Source: Alphaproteobacteria bacterium (GTDB lineage: Bacteria > Pseudomonadota > Alphaproteobacteria > UBA828). Taken from it: DNA of 64,000 nt. Each line of letters opens with the position of its first letter. Position 1 is the first letter of the stretch. The notes under the pieces are model-generated. The model was not told where the DNA came from. It did no database searches and saw only the letters and a list, made by a program, of their open reading frames with translations. The DNA is taken from assembly GCA_963422645.2 (NCBI GenBank), contig CAXXVO010000008.1, positions 288,001-352,000 on the forward strand, given 5' to 3'. Below are positions 50,117 to 60,570 of this stretch, piece after piece. Made by a program: the position numbers and the translations under genes.

Positions 50117-51947
50117 ATTCGCACGCTCCTAAGGTCGCCGCCGCGCGCGCTGAGCGCCTGCCGGCTCTCGCCGGGCTTGAGGTGCTCAGGATCGGACATC
50201 GCCCAACTGAGCTTGTTGTGGTTCCGTTCAGATTGCCCTGAAGGTGGCCATTTGACAGGGTGCAGACCCCCTTACCTGCTCCCCGCCCTTCTTCGCCCAG
50301 GCGACGGAGGGCCTCGTTCATCAGGATTACGGGGCCGGTGCCGGCGAGCACGATGAGGAGTGCCGGCACCGCCGCCTGCTCCAACAACTCGTCCTTGGCG
50401 TATTGGTAGAGGTGGGTCGCGAGCGTATCGAAGCCAAAGGGGCGGAGCAGGAGCGTCATCGGCAGCTCCTTCATTACGTCGACGAAGACGAGCAGCCCGC
50501 CGGCGAGGAAGGACGTGCCGAGCAATGGCAGGATCACGCGGACGACGTTCGCGGGCAGGCTCAGGCCCAGCACCCGGCCGGCGGATACCGTATTGGGCGG
50601 CAGCCGGTTCATGCCCGAAGTCAGCGCGCCGTAGCCGATCGCCTGGAAGCGCACCATGCACGCGAAGAGCACGAGGCCGATGCCGCCGGTGAGGAAGCCA
50701 TCGAACGAAAGCCCCATCACACCCGAGATCAGGTCGTCGAGCCCGCGATCCACCGCGCCGGCAAAGGTGACGACGCCGATGGCGAGGATCGTGCCGGGAA
50801 AGGCATAGCCGGACGACGCGATGCCAGCCAGCACCGTGAGAGGGCGGCTCGGCCGGTAGGCGACAGTGACCACCATCAGCGCCGCTGCCGCCATCACCAG
50901 CGCAGCTACGGCGAGCGCCACGACCACCGAGTTGAGCGCGACGATGAGGACGTCGCCGTAATCCGGCAGCGCGTAGCCTTTGACCACAAAGCTCAGCAGC
51001 ACGCCCACGGGAATGAGAAATCCCACTGTCACCGGCAGCAGGCACACGGCGAGGCAAGCGGCGCTGCCCGCCGGCCCTGCGCGAAGCCGCGCGAGGCTCC
51101 GCATCCGCCGGCCCGTGTCCACGTAGCGCCGGCGGCGGCGCGACATCAGCTCCAGCACCAGCATCGCGAGGACGAAGAGGAAGCCCAACGAGGCAATCTG
51201 CGCGGCTGCCGGCAGGCTGTTCATGCCGAGCCAGACGTTGAAGATGCCGAGCGTCAACGTCTCCAGCGCGAAATAGTCCACGGTGCCGAAGTCGGAGACC
51301 GTCTCCATCAGCACGAGCGCGAGGCCGGCGGCGATGGCGGGCCGCGCCAGCGGCAGGCCGACGGTGCGGAAGAGGCCCCGGTCGTGCACCCGCGCGATCT
51401 CGAAGAGCGTGTGCGGCGTCAGTTTGAAGGCTGTCCGCGCCATCATGTAGACGTAGGGGTAGAGCACCGCGCCCATCACCGCGATGGCGCCGCCCATGGA
51501 GCGGATCTCGGGGAACCAGTAGTCCCGCCGCGTCTGCCAGCCAAAGGCATCGCGCAGCGCGCCCTGCACCGGCCCCGCATAGTCGAGGAAATCGGTGTAG
51601 ACGTAGGCGATGAGGTAGGCCGGCACGGCGAAGGGCAGCACCAGCATCCATTCCAGCACCCGGCGGCCCGGGAACTCGTAGCGCGTCACCACCCAGGCGG
51701 TGCTCACGCCGAGCATCAGGCTGAGCCCGCCGACGCCCGCCATGAGTGCCAGTGTGTTCGCGACGTAGCGAGGCAGCACGGTCGCGAAGAGGTGCGCCCA
51801 GAGGCCTTCGCTGTCCCCGGTCGCGGCGGCGATCACCGAGAGGATCGGCGCCACAATGATCAGCGCGAGCAGGAGTGCGAGGAGCGACCATCGGTTCGAC
51901 CAGGCGAGGACGGCCCGGTGCGCCAACGTCGCCGTGTGACTTACCAC
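50061..51947 (-). CDS. Fe(III) ABC transporter permease (FbpB/FutB-like) with a non-homologous C-terminal extension
   Basis: LYPYVYM, ETVSDFG, VDVMKELPMTLLLRPFGFDTLA; last roughly 70 aa look like read-through. Confidence 0.88.
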   Translation of the reverse strand: MVSHTATLAHRAVLAWSNRWSLLALLLALIIVAPILSVIAAATGDSEGLWAHLFATVLPRYVANTLALMAGVGGLSLMLGVSTAWVVTRYEFPGRRVLEWMLVLPFAVPAYLIAYVYTDFLDYAGPVQGALRDAFGWQTRRDYWFPEIRSMGGAIAVMGAVLYPYVYMMARTAFKLTPHTLFEIARVHDRGLFRTVGLPLARPAIAAGLALVLMETVSDFGTVDYFALETLTLGIFNVWLGMNSLPAAAQIASLGFLFVLAMLVLELMSRRRRRYVDTGRRMRSLARLRAGPAGSAACLAVCLLPVTVGFLIPVGVLLSFVVKGYALPDYGDVLIVALNSVVVALAVAALVMAAAALMVVTVAYRPSRPLTVLAGIASSGYAFPGTILAIGVVTFAGAVDRGLDDLISGVMGLSFDGFLTGGIGLVLFACMVRFQAIGYGALTSGMNRLPPNTVSAGRVLGLSLPANVVRVILPLLGTSFLAGGLLVFVDVMKELPMTLLLRPFGFDTLATHLYQYAKDELLEQAAVPALLIVLAGTGPVILMNEALRRLGEEGRGAGKGVCTLSNGHLQGNLNGTTTSSVGRCPILSTSSPARAGRRSARAAATLGACESRTRRSAGSRSRLPLGRP

Positions 51948-53053
51948 CCGGTGCGGTCGATCACGCGTTGCGCCGTGGGCGCGAGCTCGGCGATGCGCAC
52001 GATCGGCAGCGAGTCTTCCTTGAATGCGCCCCAGGCGGCGACCTTGGGCGCCGGCGCCAAGGCGGGATTGACGGGGAACTCGTAGTTGACGGTGCCGTAA
52101 AGCATCTGCGCGGCGTCCTGCGTCAGGAACTCCAGGAAGGCCACGGCAGACTCCTTGTTCCTGGAATACTTGGCGACGCCGCCGCCTGAGATGTTGATAT
52201 GCGTGCCGCGGTCATCCTGATTGGGAAAGACCATAGTTATGGCCGCTGCCCACGCCCGCTGCTCCTCGATGTCGGAGGAGGCGAGCTTGCCGTAGTAGTA
52301 GCTGTTGATAATGGCCACGTCGCAGAGGCCCTCGTAGATCGCCTTGACCTGCGCCCGGTCGTTGCCCTGGGGGCGGCGCGCCAGGTTGGCCACGAGGCCG
52401 GTGGCCCACTCCTCTGCCTTCTCTTCCCCGTGCGCGGCGATCATCGAGGCCATGAGCGCCCGGTTGTAGACGTGGCTGCCGGGCCGCGTACAGATGCGCC
52501 CCTCCCATTCGGGATGCGCCAGATCCTCGTAGGTCTCGATCGCACCAGCGGGCACGCGGTCCTTGGAGACCGCGATCACCCGCGCCCGCTTCGACAGCGC
52601 GAACCAGCGCCCGTCGGGCTCGCGCAGATGGGCCGGCACCGCCTCGGTCAGCACGGTGGATTCAACCGGCGCGAGCAGGTCCTTGTCCGCATAGATGCTG
52701 AGGCGCCCGATATCCACGGTCAGCACCACGTCCGCCGGGCTGTTCTTGCCCTCCGCCTGGAGCCGCTGGGCGAGACCCTTGGAAGCATAGACGACGTTTA
52801 CCGTCACCCCGGTCTCGGCGGTGAAGGCCTCGAGGAAGGGCTCGATCAGGAAGGGCTGCCGGTGCGAATAGAGGTTGAGCTCGTCCGCCGCCTGGACTTC
52901 CGCCGCCGCCCAGGCGAGGCCGGCAAGGCCTGCGAGCACTCCAAATACACTGACGCGTGCCGGTGACCGCATCGCGGACCCGACGCGCGCCAGCAACCCA
53001 CGCCCCGCGCGAGCCGTCCGCTCGCCTGGAGCAGCGACCGCAATCCCACGCAT
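51941..53053 (-). CDS. Fe(III) ABC transporter substrate-binding protein (FbpA/FutA-like)
   Basis: LYSHRQ, EGKNSPADV, GNDRAQ, INSYYYG, NYEFPV; start chosen by GGAGG. Confidence 0.92.
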   Translation of the reverse strand: MRGIAVAAPGERTARAGRGLLARVGSAMRSPARVSVFGVLAGLAGLAWAAAEVQAADELNLYSHRQPFLIEPFLEAFTAETGVTVNVVYASKGLAQRLQAEGKNSPADVVLTVDIGRLSIYADKDLLAPVESTVLTEAVPAHLREPDGRWFALSKRARVIAVSKDRVPAGAIETYEDLAHPEWEGRICTRPGSHVYNRALMASMIAAHGEEKAEEWATGLVANLARRPQGNDRAQVKAIYEGLCDVAIINSYYYGKLASSDIEEQRAWAAAITMVFPNQDDRGTHINISGGGVAKYSRNKESAVAFLEFLTQDAAQMLYGTVNYEFPVNPALAPAPKVAAWGAFKEDSLPIVRIAELAPTAQRVIDRTGW

Positions 53054-53082
53054 AGACGTGCCTCCCTGTGAATTTGAACTGC

Positions 53083-53107
53083 AAACGCGAACGATTTTCA
53101 TGCGCAT
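53083..53107 (-). promoter_or_regulatory. Candidate iron-responsive (Fur-like) box
   Basis: AAACGCGAACGATTTTCATGCGCAT resembles GCGAATGATTCTCAT-type boxes and lies just upstream of the iron transporter. Confidence 0.4.
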
Positions 53108-53225
53108 CGTAGTCCGGCCGCCGCACTGTGACAAGCCGGTTCGCGCGAACGCGTGGCCGCTTTGAGGCACACGCCTCTGCCGTTATGTTACGGCCTCGCG
53201 AGCCGACCAATGGGAGCGTCGAGAG

Positions 53226-54572
53226 ATGAGCGAGGCGGCAACGGGTCCTGTGCGCTTCACGGGCACGAGCGATCAGGTCATCGACTGGCTGCGCGCCAAC
53301 GGCGTCCAGCGCGTCCGCGTCGAGTATTGCGACTATGGCGGCGTTTCCCGCGGCAAGGCGATGGACATCGCCCACTTCGAGCGCACGATGCACCACGGCA
53401 TCGCCTTCTGCGCCACGGTCATGGCCTTCGACATCGCCGCCAACGTGGTCCTCGGCACCGACTATGGCGAGAACATCGGCTACGCCGACTTCCTCGCCGT
53501 GCCGGACCTCTCGAGCCTGCGCATCCTGCGCCATGAGCCCGACACGGCGCTGGTCATGGGCACGATGAAATGGCCCGACGGGCGCTTGGTCGAGGGCGAG
53601 CCCCGCAACGTGCTGCACCGGGTCGCCAAGCGCATGGAGGCGATGGGCTACGACGCCCGCTGCGCGCCGGAGTTCGAGTTCTTCCTCCTGGATAGCGAGC
53701 ACGAGAGGCTCGATGACGGCCTGCAGTGCTACTCGATGCAGAAGCGCACACAGTTCCTGGCCGAGGAATACTCGCTGCTCGACGCGGTCGCCGCCCACGG
53801 CGAGCTCGAATGCAGCCACTACGAGTGGGGCCCCGGTCAGTACGAGGTGAGCATCCGCCACCGGCCGGTGCGCGAGATGGGCGACGACGGCCACCTCTTC
53901 CGCGCCACCATGAAGGAGGCGGCGATGCAGATGGGCCGCCGCATCACCTTCATGGCGAAGCCCTTCGACAAGATGACCGGCAACTCCTGCCATATCCACA
54001 TGTCGCTGGTGGACGGCGACGGCAACAATGCCTTCGCGGCGCCGGACGAGCCGCAGCACATCAACGACACCTGCCGGCACTTCATGGGCGGCGTGCTCGC
54101 CCGGCTCACGGAACTGACCGCCGTCTTCTTCCCCAATTCCAACTCTTATCGACGGCTGGTGCCCGGCGCCTTCGCGCCGATTTCGCTAGCCTGGGGCGTG
54201 GACAACCGGACCGCCGCGATCCGCCTGATCAACGAGAGCCCGGCTGCCACGCGGCCGGAACTCCGCGTCTGTGGCGGCGACGTCAACGTCTACCTCGCCC
54301 TCGCCGCCTATCTCGCGGCCGGCCTCGACGGTATCGCCAACCGGACCGATCCGGGCCCGCCGGCGGAGGGCGACCTCGACGAGCAGGACGTGACCCGGCT
54401 ACCCGACGACTGGGGCGAGGCCCTCGCCAAGTTCGAGGCCTCGGACTGGGCCAAGGAGTGGTTCAGCGAGAAGTTCTGCCGCAACTACGCCCTGGTCAAG
54501 CGCTACGAGTACGACGATTTTCGTCGCCAGGTGCCGGAAACCGAGCGCGCGCGCTACGTTGAGTGGCTGTAG
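53226..54572 (+). CDS. Glutamine synthetase-like gamma-glutamyl ligase (PuuA-like)
   Basis: PEFEFFL, HYEWGPGQYE, TFMAKP, GNSCHIHMSL, WGVDNRT. Confidence 0.9.
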   Translation: MSEAATGPVRFTGTSDQVIDWLRANGVQRVRVEYCDYGGVSRGKAMDIAHFERTMHHGIAFCATVMAFDIAANVVLGTDYGENIGYADFLAVPDLSSLRILRHEPDTALVMGTMKWPDGRLVEGEPRNVLHRVAKRMEAMGYDARCAPEFEFFLLDSEHERLDDGLQCYSMQKRTQFLAEEYSLLDAVAAHGELECSHYEWGPGQYEVSIRHRPVREMGDDGHLFRATMKEAAMQMGRRITFMAKPFDKMTGNSCHIHMSLVDGDGNNAFAAPDEPQHINDTCRHFMGGVLARLTELTAVFFPNSNSYRRLVPGAFAPISLAWGVDNRTAAIRLINESPAATRPELRVCGGDVNVYLALAAYLAAGLDGIANRTDPGPPAEGDLDEQDVTRLPDDWGEALAKFEASDWAKEWFSEKFCRNYALVKRYEYDDFRRQVPETERARYVEWL

Positions 54573-54590
54573 TTCGAGCCTTCGCGCTAG

Positions 54591-55823
54591 CTAAAGCGGC
54601 TCGCCCCGTGCGAGGCGCGACAGGTCGCCCGCGAGACCCATGGCGTGGCGCATGAAGAAGCGCTTGACCGGCGGCATCTCATTGACCGCCGCGAGGCCCA
54701 CGTCGCGGACCAGACGCAGCCCTTGATTGTCGTTCGAGAACAGGCGGTTGAGCCCGTCAGTCACGCCCATCAGCACCACTGAGTCGAAGCGCCGGCGGCG
54801 CTGATAGTGCGTGAGCACGTCGTCGCCGCCGATGTCGAGGCCGAGACGCGCGCGATCCACCACGAGCTCGGCCAGCACCGCGGCGTCGCGGATTCCGAGA
54901 TTGAAGCCCTGGCCTGCCAGCGGGTGAATCGCGTGCGCCGCATCGCCCGCGAGCGCGAGGCGTGGCGCGACATAGCGCTTCGCATGGGCGAGCCGGAGGG
55001 GATAGCTCCAGCGCGGGCCAGTCGGCTCCAGCGCGCCGAGGAAATCGCCGAAGCGCGCGCCGAGCTCCCTGGCAAAGACCTCGGATGAAGCCTCCATCAG
55101 GGAGGGCGCCAGCGCCGCCCTCTCGGTCCAGACCAGGGAGGAGCGGTCGCCCGTCATCGGCAGAATCGCGAAGGGACCGGCCGGCAGAAAGCGCTCGTGC
55201 GCGATGCCCCGGTGCGGTCGCTCGTGCGCCACCGTGCAGACGATTCCTGTCTGCTCGTAGGACCAGCGCACGGTCTCGATCCCGGCGGCGGCCCGCAGGC
55301 CGGAATTGGCGCCGTCAGCGGCGACCGCAAGCCGCGCACGCACGCACCGGCCGTCCGCAAGCCTCGCCTCCACCCCGCTGCCGGCGGGCTCCAGCGCCTC
55401 GACCGAGGCCGGCGCCAGGTGCCGGAGTGCAGCCAGCGCCGCCGCCCGCTCCAGCAAGGCGGCACGGATGTTCCGGTTCTCGACGATGTAGCCGAGCGGA
55501 TCGCTGCCCACGGTCTCGTGGTCATAGTGCAGGAAGAGCGGTGCATCGCTGTCGGAGACGCGGATCTCCAGGATCGGCTGCGCATCGTCCGCGAGCGCGA
55601 GCCACACTCCGATGCCGTCCAGAACCCGCCTGGAACCGAGCGCGATCGACGAGACCCTGCCGTCGAACGCGGCATCCTTCATCGCCGCCGGCGGCGCACC
55701 GTCGACCACCGCCGTCTCGATCCCGGCGCCGGCGAGCGCGACACCCAAGGTGAGCCCGACGAGGCCGCCGCCGGCGATGACGACATCGACCTCGATCCGC
55801 TCCCCCGCTTCAGCCGCCGCCAT
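54591..55823 (-). CDS. UbiH/UbiL/VisC family FAD-dependent hydroxylase
   Basis: GGGLVG, AADG, GDAAHAIHPLAGQGFNLG. Confidence 0.93.
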   Translation of the reverse strand: MAAAEAGERIEVDVVIAGGGLVGLTLGVALAGAGIETAVVDGAPPAAMKDAAFDGRVSSIALGSRRVLDGIGVWLALADDAQPILEIRVSDSDAPLFLHYDHETVGSDPLGYIVENRNIRAALLERAAALAALRHLAPASVEALEPAGSGVEARLADGRCVRARLAVAADGANSGLRAAAGIETVRWSYEQTGIVCTVAHERPHRGIAHERFLPAGPFAILPMTGDRSSLVWTERAALAPSLMEASSEVFARELGARFGDFLGALEPTGPRWSYPLRLAHAKRYVAPRLALAGDAAHAIHPLAGQGFNLGIRDAAVLAELVVDRARLGLDIGGDDVLTHYQRRRRFDSVVLMGVTDGLNRLFSNDNQGLRLVRDVGLAAVNEMPPVKRFFMRHAMGLAGDLSRLARGEPL

Positions 55824-55909
55824 GCCTCGCCATGCTCCGGGACTTGCCCTCCGACCGCCTCATCCTACCCCGGATCGCCGCTTGGCGGGCGTCGAGCGGG
55901 CAGCCGGCG

Positions 55910-56410
55910 CTAACGTTTCAGGCCGGCCAGGTCCCAGCCCACCTGGTTGTACATGTCGGGCGCGTTCCAGAGGCCGCGCAGGTACTGAATCCGGCCCTTC
56001 TCGACGAAGCAGATCTGGGAGAACTGGCAGTCGAAGCGCTGGCCGGTGCCCGCAAGGCCAAAGTAGTCTTTCGTGATGGTGCCGCTCATCCAGCCCATGT
56101 CGCAGACGACATTGCCCTGGACGCAGAACGCCTCGATGTAGAGCGAGAGGTCGGGCACTGCGTCCAGCCAGCCCGCGCCGAACTTCCGGATCGCGTCGTG
56201 GCCCACCGCCGGCGGCAGGGTGATGTCGTGATAGACCCCGTCCGCGGCCATGACGGCCACCACTTCATCGATATTCTGGCTCGACCAGCCTCGGCACTGC
56301 CGGACGAGGAGCGCGAGATTGTCCCGCTCGCTCTCGCTCATATCGCCGAGGTTCTCGATCGCCTCGTCGGCCAGGTTGCGCTCGCTCATCAACCACTCGC
56401 GTGTGCCCAT
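55910..56410 (-). CDS. SnoaL-like / NTF2-fold protein
   Basis: MAADGVYHDI..P..VGHDAIR.F...VPD...FGLAGTG pattern. Confidence 0.75.
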   Translation of the reverse strand: MGTREWLMSERNLADEAIENLGDMSESERDNLALLVRQCRGWSSQNIDEVVAVMAADGVYHDITLPPAVGHDAIRKFGAGWLDAVPDLSLYIEAFCVQGNVVCDMGWMSGTITKDYFGLAGTGQRFDCQFSQICFVEKGRIQYLRGLWNAPDMYNQVGWDLAGLKR

Positions 56411-56436
56411 GCGTTGCTCCTCTTTCCCTGCTTCTC

Positions 56437-57045
56437 TCAGCCCCGTCCGCCGGGTGCGAGCTCTGGACCGCCATGATCCGTCCGCCTCGACCACTGGATG
56501 ATTGTCTCGATCATCCCGGACTTCGCCTGAGCATAGGCGTTCATGTCCTGCCAGTCCTGCGCAGCGAGGTTCTGCTTGAGCGCCTGATATCGCGCGCGGA
56601 GGAAGGGGGCGGCACGCAGCGCGTCTCGCAGGCGCAGATAGCGCTCGATCTCAGGCGAGCCGACGGAGAGGACATGGACATGCACGTCGCGCTCCGGCGT
56701 GCGGAACATCCTGTGCTCCTCGAAGTCGGGCTCGCGCACGCGAAGCACGTAGCCCGCGCGCTCCATCGCCGGCAGATAGGAGTCTTCATCGGCTGAATTG
56801 GCGACCACCACCAGAATGTCCACGACCGGCTTCGCGGCGAGGCCAGGCACGGCGGTGGAGCCGATATGGTCGATCCCGACCGCGCCCGCGCCCAGCGCGG
56901 CGGCGATGCGCGCGCGATGCCGGCCGACGGTCTCGGGCCACTCCTGGCGGTACGGCACGATGACGACGGCAGGCGCCTCGACCCCGCCGATCAGTTCGGT
57001 CTCCCGCGGCGACCCGTCGCCGGACCCGTTCTCAGCTTCCGTCAC
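56437..57045 (-). CDS. GrpB family nucleotidyltransferase-fold protein
   Basis: HIGSTAVPGLAAKPVVDI, HVHV, RDALR, Y..AK. Confidence 0.92.
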   Translation of the reverse strand: MTEAENGSGDGSPRETELIGGVEAPAVVIVPYRQEWPETVGRHRARIAAALGAGAVGIDHIGSTAVPGLAAKPVVDILVVVANSADEDSYLPAMERAGYVLRVREPDFEEHRMFRTPERDVHVHVLSVGSPEIERYLRLRDALRAAPFLRARYQALKQNLAAQDWQDMNAYAQAKSGMIETIIQWSRRTDHGGPELAPGGRG

Positions 57046-57262
57046 AGGCTGCTCCCTGCGCCTCAGGGCGGATGATGCACCAATACCACAGCCGCCCCCG
57101 TCTCTTCCCGTTGGTGGGAGTGGCGAGGGCTGGGCCGCAAAGCGGCCCGGAGCGCGCGACCGCGCGCCGCGCCAATGGCGCGTAGCGTCGCGCGTCCACG
57201 CGCGCGGAACGCACGATCGAGCGGAGCGAACGCCCGGCGCCTGAGGGATTTGAAAGAATCAC

Positions 57263-57496
57263 GTGGCGACGCATAATGGCGTCGTGATGACGGCAGTAAC
57301 GGTTGAGCAACGCAGACTTCGGCGCGGCGCGCGCCGCGGGCTCCTGATCGGGGCGGCGGCGGTGCTCGGCGTCGGACTCGTCGCCGCGCACGCGGACACC
57401 TGCTACGCACTGGCCGCCGAGGCCTACCAAAGCGTCACGGATTCCTACCTCGTCATGTGGATCGAGCGGGCGGGCGCCGCGCTCGGTTGCTTCTAA
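57263..57496 (+). CDS. Small hypothetical membrane protein
   Basis: Arg-rich N-terminus, hydrophobic helix, ends in GCF; start uncertain. Confidence 0.5.
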   Translation: MATHNGVVMTAVTVEQRRLRRGARRGLLIGAAAVLGVGLVAAHADTCYALAAEAYQSVTDSYLVMWIERAGAALGCF

Positions 57497-57535
57497 CGCG
57501 CAGCCTCGCCGGGGCCGCCGGGCACCGGAGGGACC

Positions 57536-58336
57536 ATGCCGAATTTTGCTGCCAATCTCAGCTTCCTCTTCCAGGAGCACGACTTTCTCGACCGCTTCGA
57601 GGCGGCGCAGCGCGCCGGCTTCAAGGCGGTCGAATACCTGTTTCCTTACGATCTTGCGTCGCCCGGGGAGATCGCGGCCCGTCTCAACGACCACGGGCTC
57701 GCCCAGGCGCTTTTCAACCTCGGGCAAGGCAACTGGCAGGCCGGCGAGCGCGGCATTACCGCATTGCCGGGCAGGGAGGACGACGTCCGCCGCGCGGTCG
57801 ACAACGCGCTACGCTATGCCGATGCGTTGGGCTGCCGCCAGCTCCACGTGATGGCCGGCATCGTGCCGGAGGGGGCGGACGCGCGGGCCTACGAGGACAC
57901 GTTCGTCGAGAATCTCGCCTACGCGGCGGAAGCACTGGGGCGCGAAGGCATCCGTGCGCTCATCGAGCCTCTGAACACGATCGACAATCCAGGCTATCTG
58001 CTGTCAACCGCTGGCCAAGCGCAGCGGGTGATTGACACGGTGGGGAGCGACAACCTCTTCCTCCAGTACGACTTCTATCACCGCCAGATCATGGAGGGGA
58101 GCTTGGCAGCGGGCTTCGCCCAGCATCGCCCGATCATCGCCCACATCCAGGTTTCCGGCGTCCCCGGCCGCCATGAGCCCGACGTGGGTGAGATCAACTA
58201 CCCCTACCTTTTCGACATGCTCGATGCGGCGGGGTATGACGGCTGGATCGGCTGCGAGTACCGACCCAAGGGAGGCACGCTGGAGGGCCTGGGCTGGCTC
58301 GAGCCTTACGGCATCGGAACCGCTTTGATCGCCTGA
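57536..58336 (+). CDS. Hydroxypyruvate isomerase family (Hyi/OtnI)
   Basis: FAANLS, IEPLN, QYDFYHRQ, VPGRHEP, GWIGCEY. Confidence 0.93.
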   Translation: MPNFAANLSFLFQEHDFLDRFEAAQRAGFKAVEYLFPYDLASPGEIAARLNDHGLAQALFNLGQGNWQAGERGITALPGREDDVRRAVDNALRYADALGCRQLHVMAGIVPEGADARAYEDTFVENLAYAAEALGREGIRALIEPLNTIDNPGYLLSTAGQAQRVIDTVGSDNLFLQYDFYHRQIMEGSLAAGFAQHRPIIAHIQVSGVPGRHEPDVGEINYPYLFDMLDAAGYDGWIGCEYRPKGGTLEGLGWLEPYGIGTALIA

Positions 58337-58371
58337 GCAGCCGCAAGCGGCGCAGGAGCGAGGGGAAGGCA

Positions 58372-58738
58372 ATGAGCGACGACACTTACCAGGACATCGG
58401 CTACGGCGCGATGGAGATCGGCTTCGGCGAGCGACCCGGCATTCTCGTGGTCGATTTCCAGACCGGCTTCACCCAACCCCAATTTCCCCTCGGCAACTGC
58501 CCCCTGGTGCATCGCGCCGTGGAGAACACGGCGCGGGTGCTCGAGTCCGCCCGCGCGGCGCGTGTGCCGGTCGCCAACTGCTACACCGCCTATCATTCCG
58601 AGCGCGACATGCCCTACTGGAAGATCGCACCGGTGCGCGAGCACTTCTTCGAGGGCGACCCTTGCGCCGAGATGGAGCCCCGGACCTCCGACCCCGACTA
58701 TGACTACATCCTGCGCAAGTCGGGCCCTTCGATCTTCT
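58372..58738 (+). pseudogene. Isochorismatase-family cysteine hydrolase, truncated by IS66
   Basis: GFGERPGILVVDFQ...LRKSGPSIF, then breaks at GTAACTGCCCAGG; catalytic Cys region absent. Confidence 0.85.
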
Positions 58739-60570
58739 GTAACTGCCCAGGTTCTTGCTGTGAAAATTCTCTGGGATTCGGCACAACGCTACCCACGCGA
58801 CGCCCGTGTGCTCCTCTGGGGTCGCCGGGTTTCACAGCTCACGATGCCCCTCTTGCGGACTGCGACCGGTAAGCTACCCCGATGTGGCCCGAAGTCCGCC
58901 CGCGCGACGGGCACCGATTTTCATTCTATGGGGTGGTCCAGCACGGCGTCGACCATGATCGTTTATGAGAATGGCTCCGCTGTTGGAGAACCCGTGCCAG
59001 GTGAGCTTACGCGCACTTGACGGTGGCGATGAGCCGATCCGATGGGCTGGTCAGGGCTTCGATGATATTCCAGCCCTGCTTTCTGGCGGTGGTGATGACG
59101 CTGCGCAGGATGGCGAAGTTCTCGGCCCCCTGCGCGGACCGGAAGCCCCCGGAGATCTTCTGGCGCAGCTTCATCATCCGAAGGTCGCGCTCGGCCTCGT
59201 TGTTCGTGAACCCGACCTCGAGGTCGATCAGGAACCGGAGCACCGCGCATTTGTGGTCGCGCAGCCTCAAGGCCAGATTGTGACCGATCCTTCGCTTCCG
59301 GCGCTTCTTCCTCTTGCCAGGCGAGAACGGTGGTTGGCTCTCGTGAAAGGCCAGCGCATCGGCGATGATCTCGTCGTATCGGCGCTCGATCAGCGCCACA
59401 AGCCTCGCCGGAACGGCGATATCCTTGTCCAGCGCGATGCGGGCGGCGCGATTGGCTCGGCGCAGGAGCTGCTGCATCCGCCGGGCCCAAGCCTCCCCTT
59501 CGATGTCCACCAGCGCCTGCAACTCCCGCAGGTGATGGGCGTTGCACAGGCCGTGCTCCACCCCTTCCATCGCGAAGTACGGCTTCCAGTGATCGTGCAC
59601 GACGATGCCGGAGACACCCGAGAGCAGGGCGCCGCGCTTGCCGCTGACCCGGTACGCCGCCAGCAGCGGCGTGCAGATCACATGAAGCCACTGCGTCTGA
59701 CCGCCGATCCGCAAGCCGGTCTCGTCCATGTGTTTCACCCGCGCCGTGCCCGCCGCCAGGTCCTGTATGTGCAAGGCCGCGTCCCGCAGCCGCTCGGCCG
59801 CCCTCTCGCTCATCGTCGCCAACGTCGCAGCCGTCACCGGCGCGCCGAAGAGCTCGGCCATCACCTGCGACAGCCGATCCTCCGGCAGGAAGTGAGCGTG
59901 CTGAAGGTAGACCGCCACCCCGGCAATGCGCGGGCCGTACTGCACCGGCGCCGACACCCCGTCGGGGAACGCCGCCCGGGTCACCGTCCCGCAATGCCCG
60001 CAGCACTTGGCATGCGCCCGGTGCTCGGTCACCTCCAGGGGGCTCGGCTCGGGCAGATCGAACACCTGGCGGGCGACGGGCGTTCCCGCCCTGGCCGCGT
60101 CCGAAAGCGGCGAACCGCATCCCTTGCAGGAAGCCGGGACGTGATCCTTCACCCGATCCGGGTGATCGGCGCGGCGCAGCGTCTTGCCCTTGTGGCCGGG
60201 CTGGCCACCGGGCTTGCGGCCCGATTTGCCGCGCAGGCTTCGGGTTCGCCGCTTCGAATTCGGCTTCCTCAGCCCATCGCTCGAAGGCGGCTTGCCGCTG
60301 TTGAGGCCGAGACGGCGCTCCAACTCCTCGATGCGCTCGACGAGACGCGCGACTTGCTCTTCCAGCCGCGCGTTCTGCTGCCGAAGCCAGGCATTTTCCT
60401 CCCGAAGCCGGGCGTTCTCCTCCTCCAGGCGGGCGATCTTCTGCGCGGGCGTTTCGGGCGCTGCTCCCGTCGAAGGGCCGCGCGGCGACTCGGGATTGCT
60501 CATGTCGTTGTTGAGTCATTTCCCGAAATTCCCGTCAAGCCCTTTCCACCAACTCCGAACGAGAAACGCC
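58739..60570 (-). mobile_element. IS66-family element 1 (single transposase; second TIR missing)
   Basis: Terminus GTAACTGCCCAGGT at 58739; element 2 abuts 67 bp upstream of the transposase ATG. Confidence 0.8.
59007..60503 (-). CDS. IS66 transposase
   Basis: KPPSSDG, GGQPGHKG, HMDETG, CNAHHLREL, FTNNEAERDLR. Confidence 0.95.
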   Translation of the reverse strand: MSNPESPRGPSTGAAPETPAQKIARLEEENARLREENAWLRQQNARLEEQVARLVERIEELERRLGLNSGKPPSSDGLRKPNSKRRTRSLRGKSGRKPGGQPGHKGKTLRRADHPDRVKDHVPASCKGCGSPLSDAARAGTPVARQVFDLPEPSPLEVTEHRAHAKCCGHCGTVTRAAFPDGVSAPVQYGPRIAGVAVYLQHAHFLPEDRLSQVMAELFGAPVTAATLATMSERAAERLRDAALHIQDLAAGTARVKHMDETGLRIGGQTQWLHVICTPLLAAYRVSGKRGALLSGVSGIVVHDHWKPYFAMEGVEHGLCNAHHLRELQALVDIEGEAWARRMQQLLRRANRAARIALDKDIAVPARLVALIERRYDEIIADALAFHESQPPFSPGKRKKRRKRRIGHNLALRLRDHKCAVLRFLIDLEVGFTNNEAERDLRMMKLRQKISGGFRSAQGAENFAILRSVITTARKQGWNIIEALTSPSDRLIATVKCA

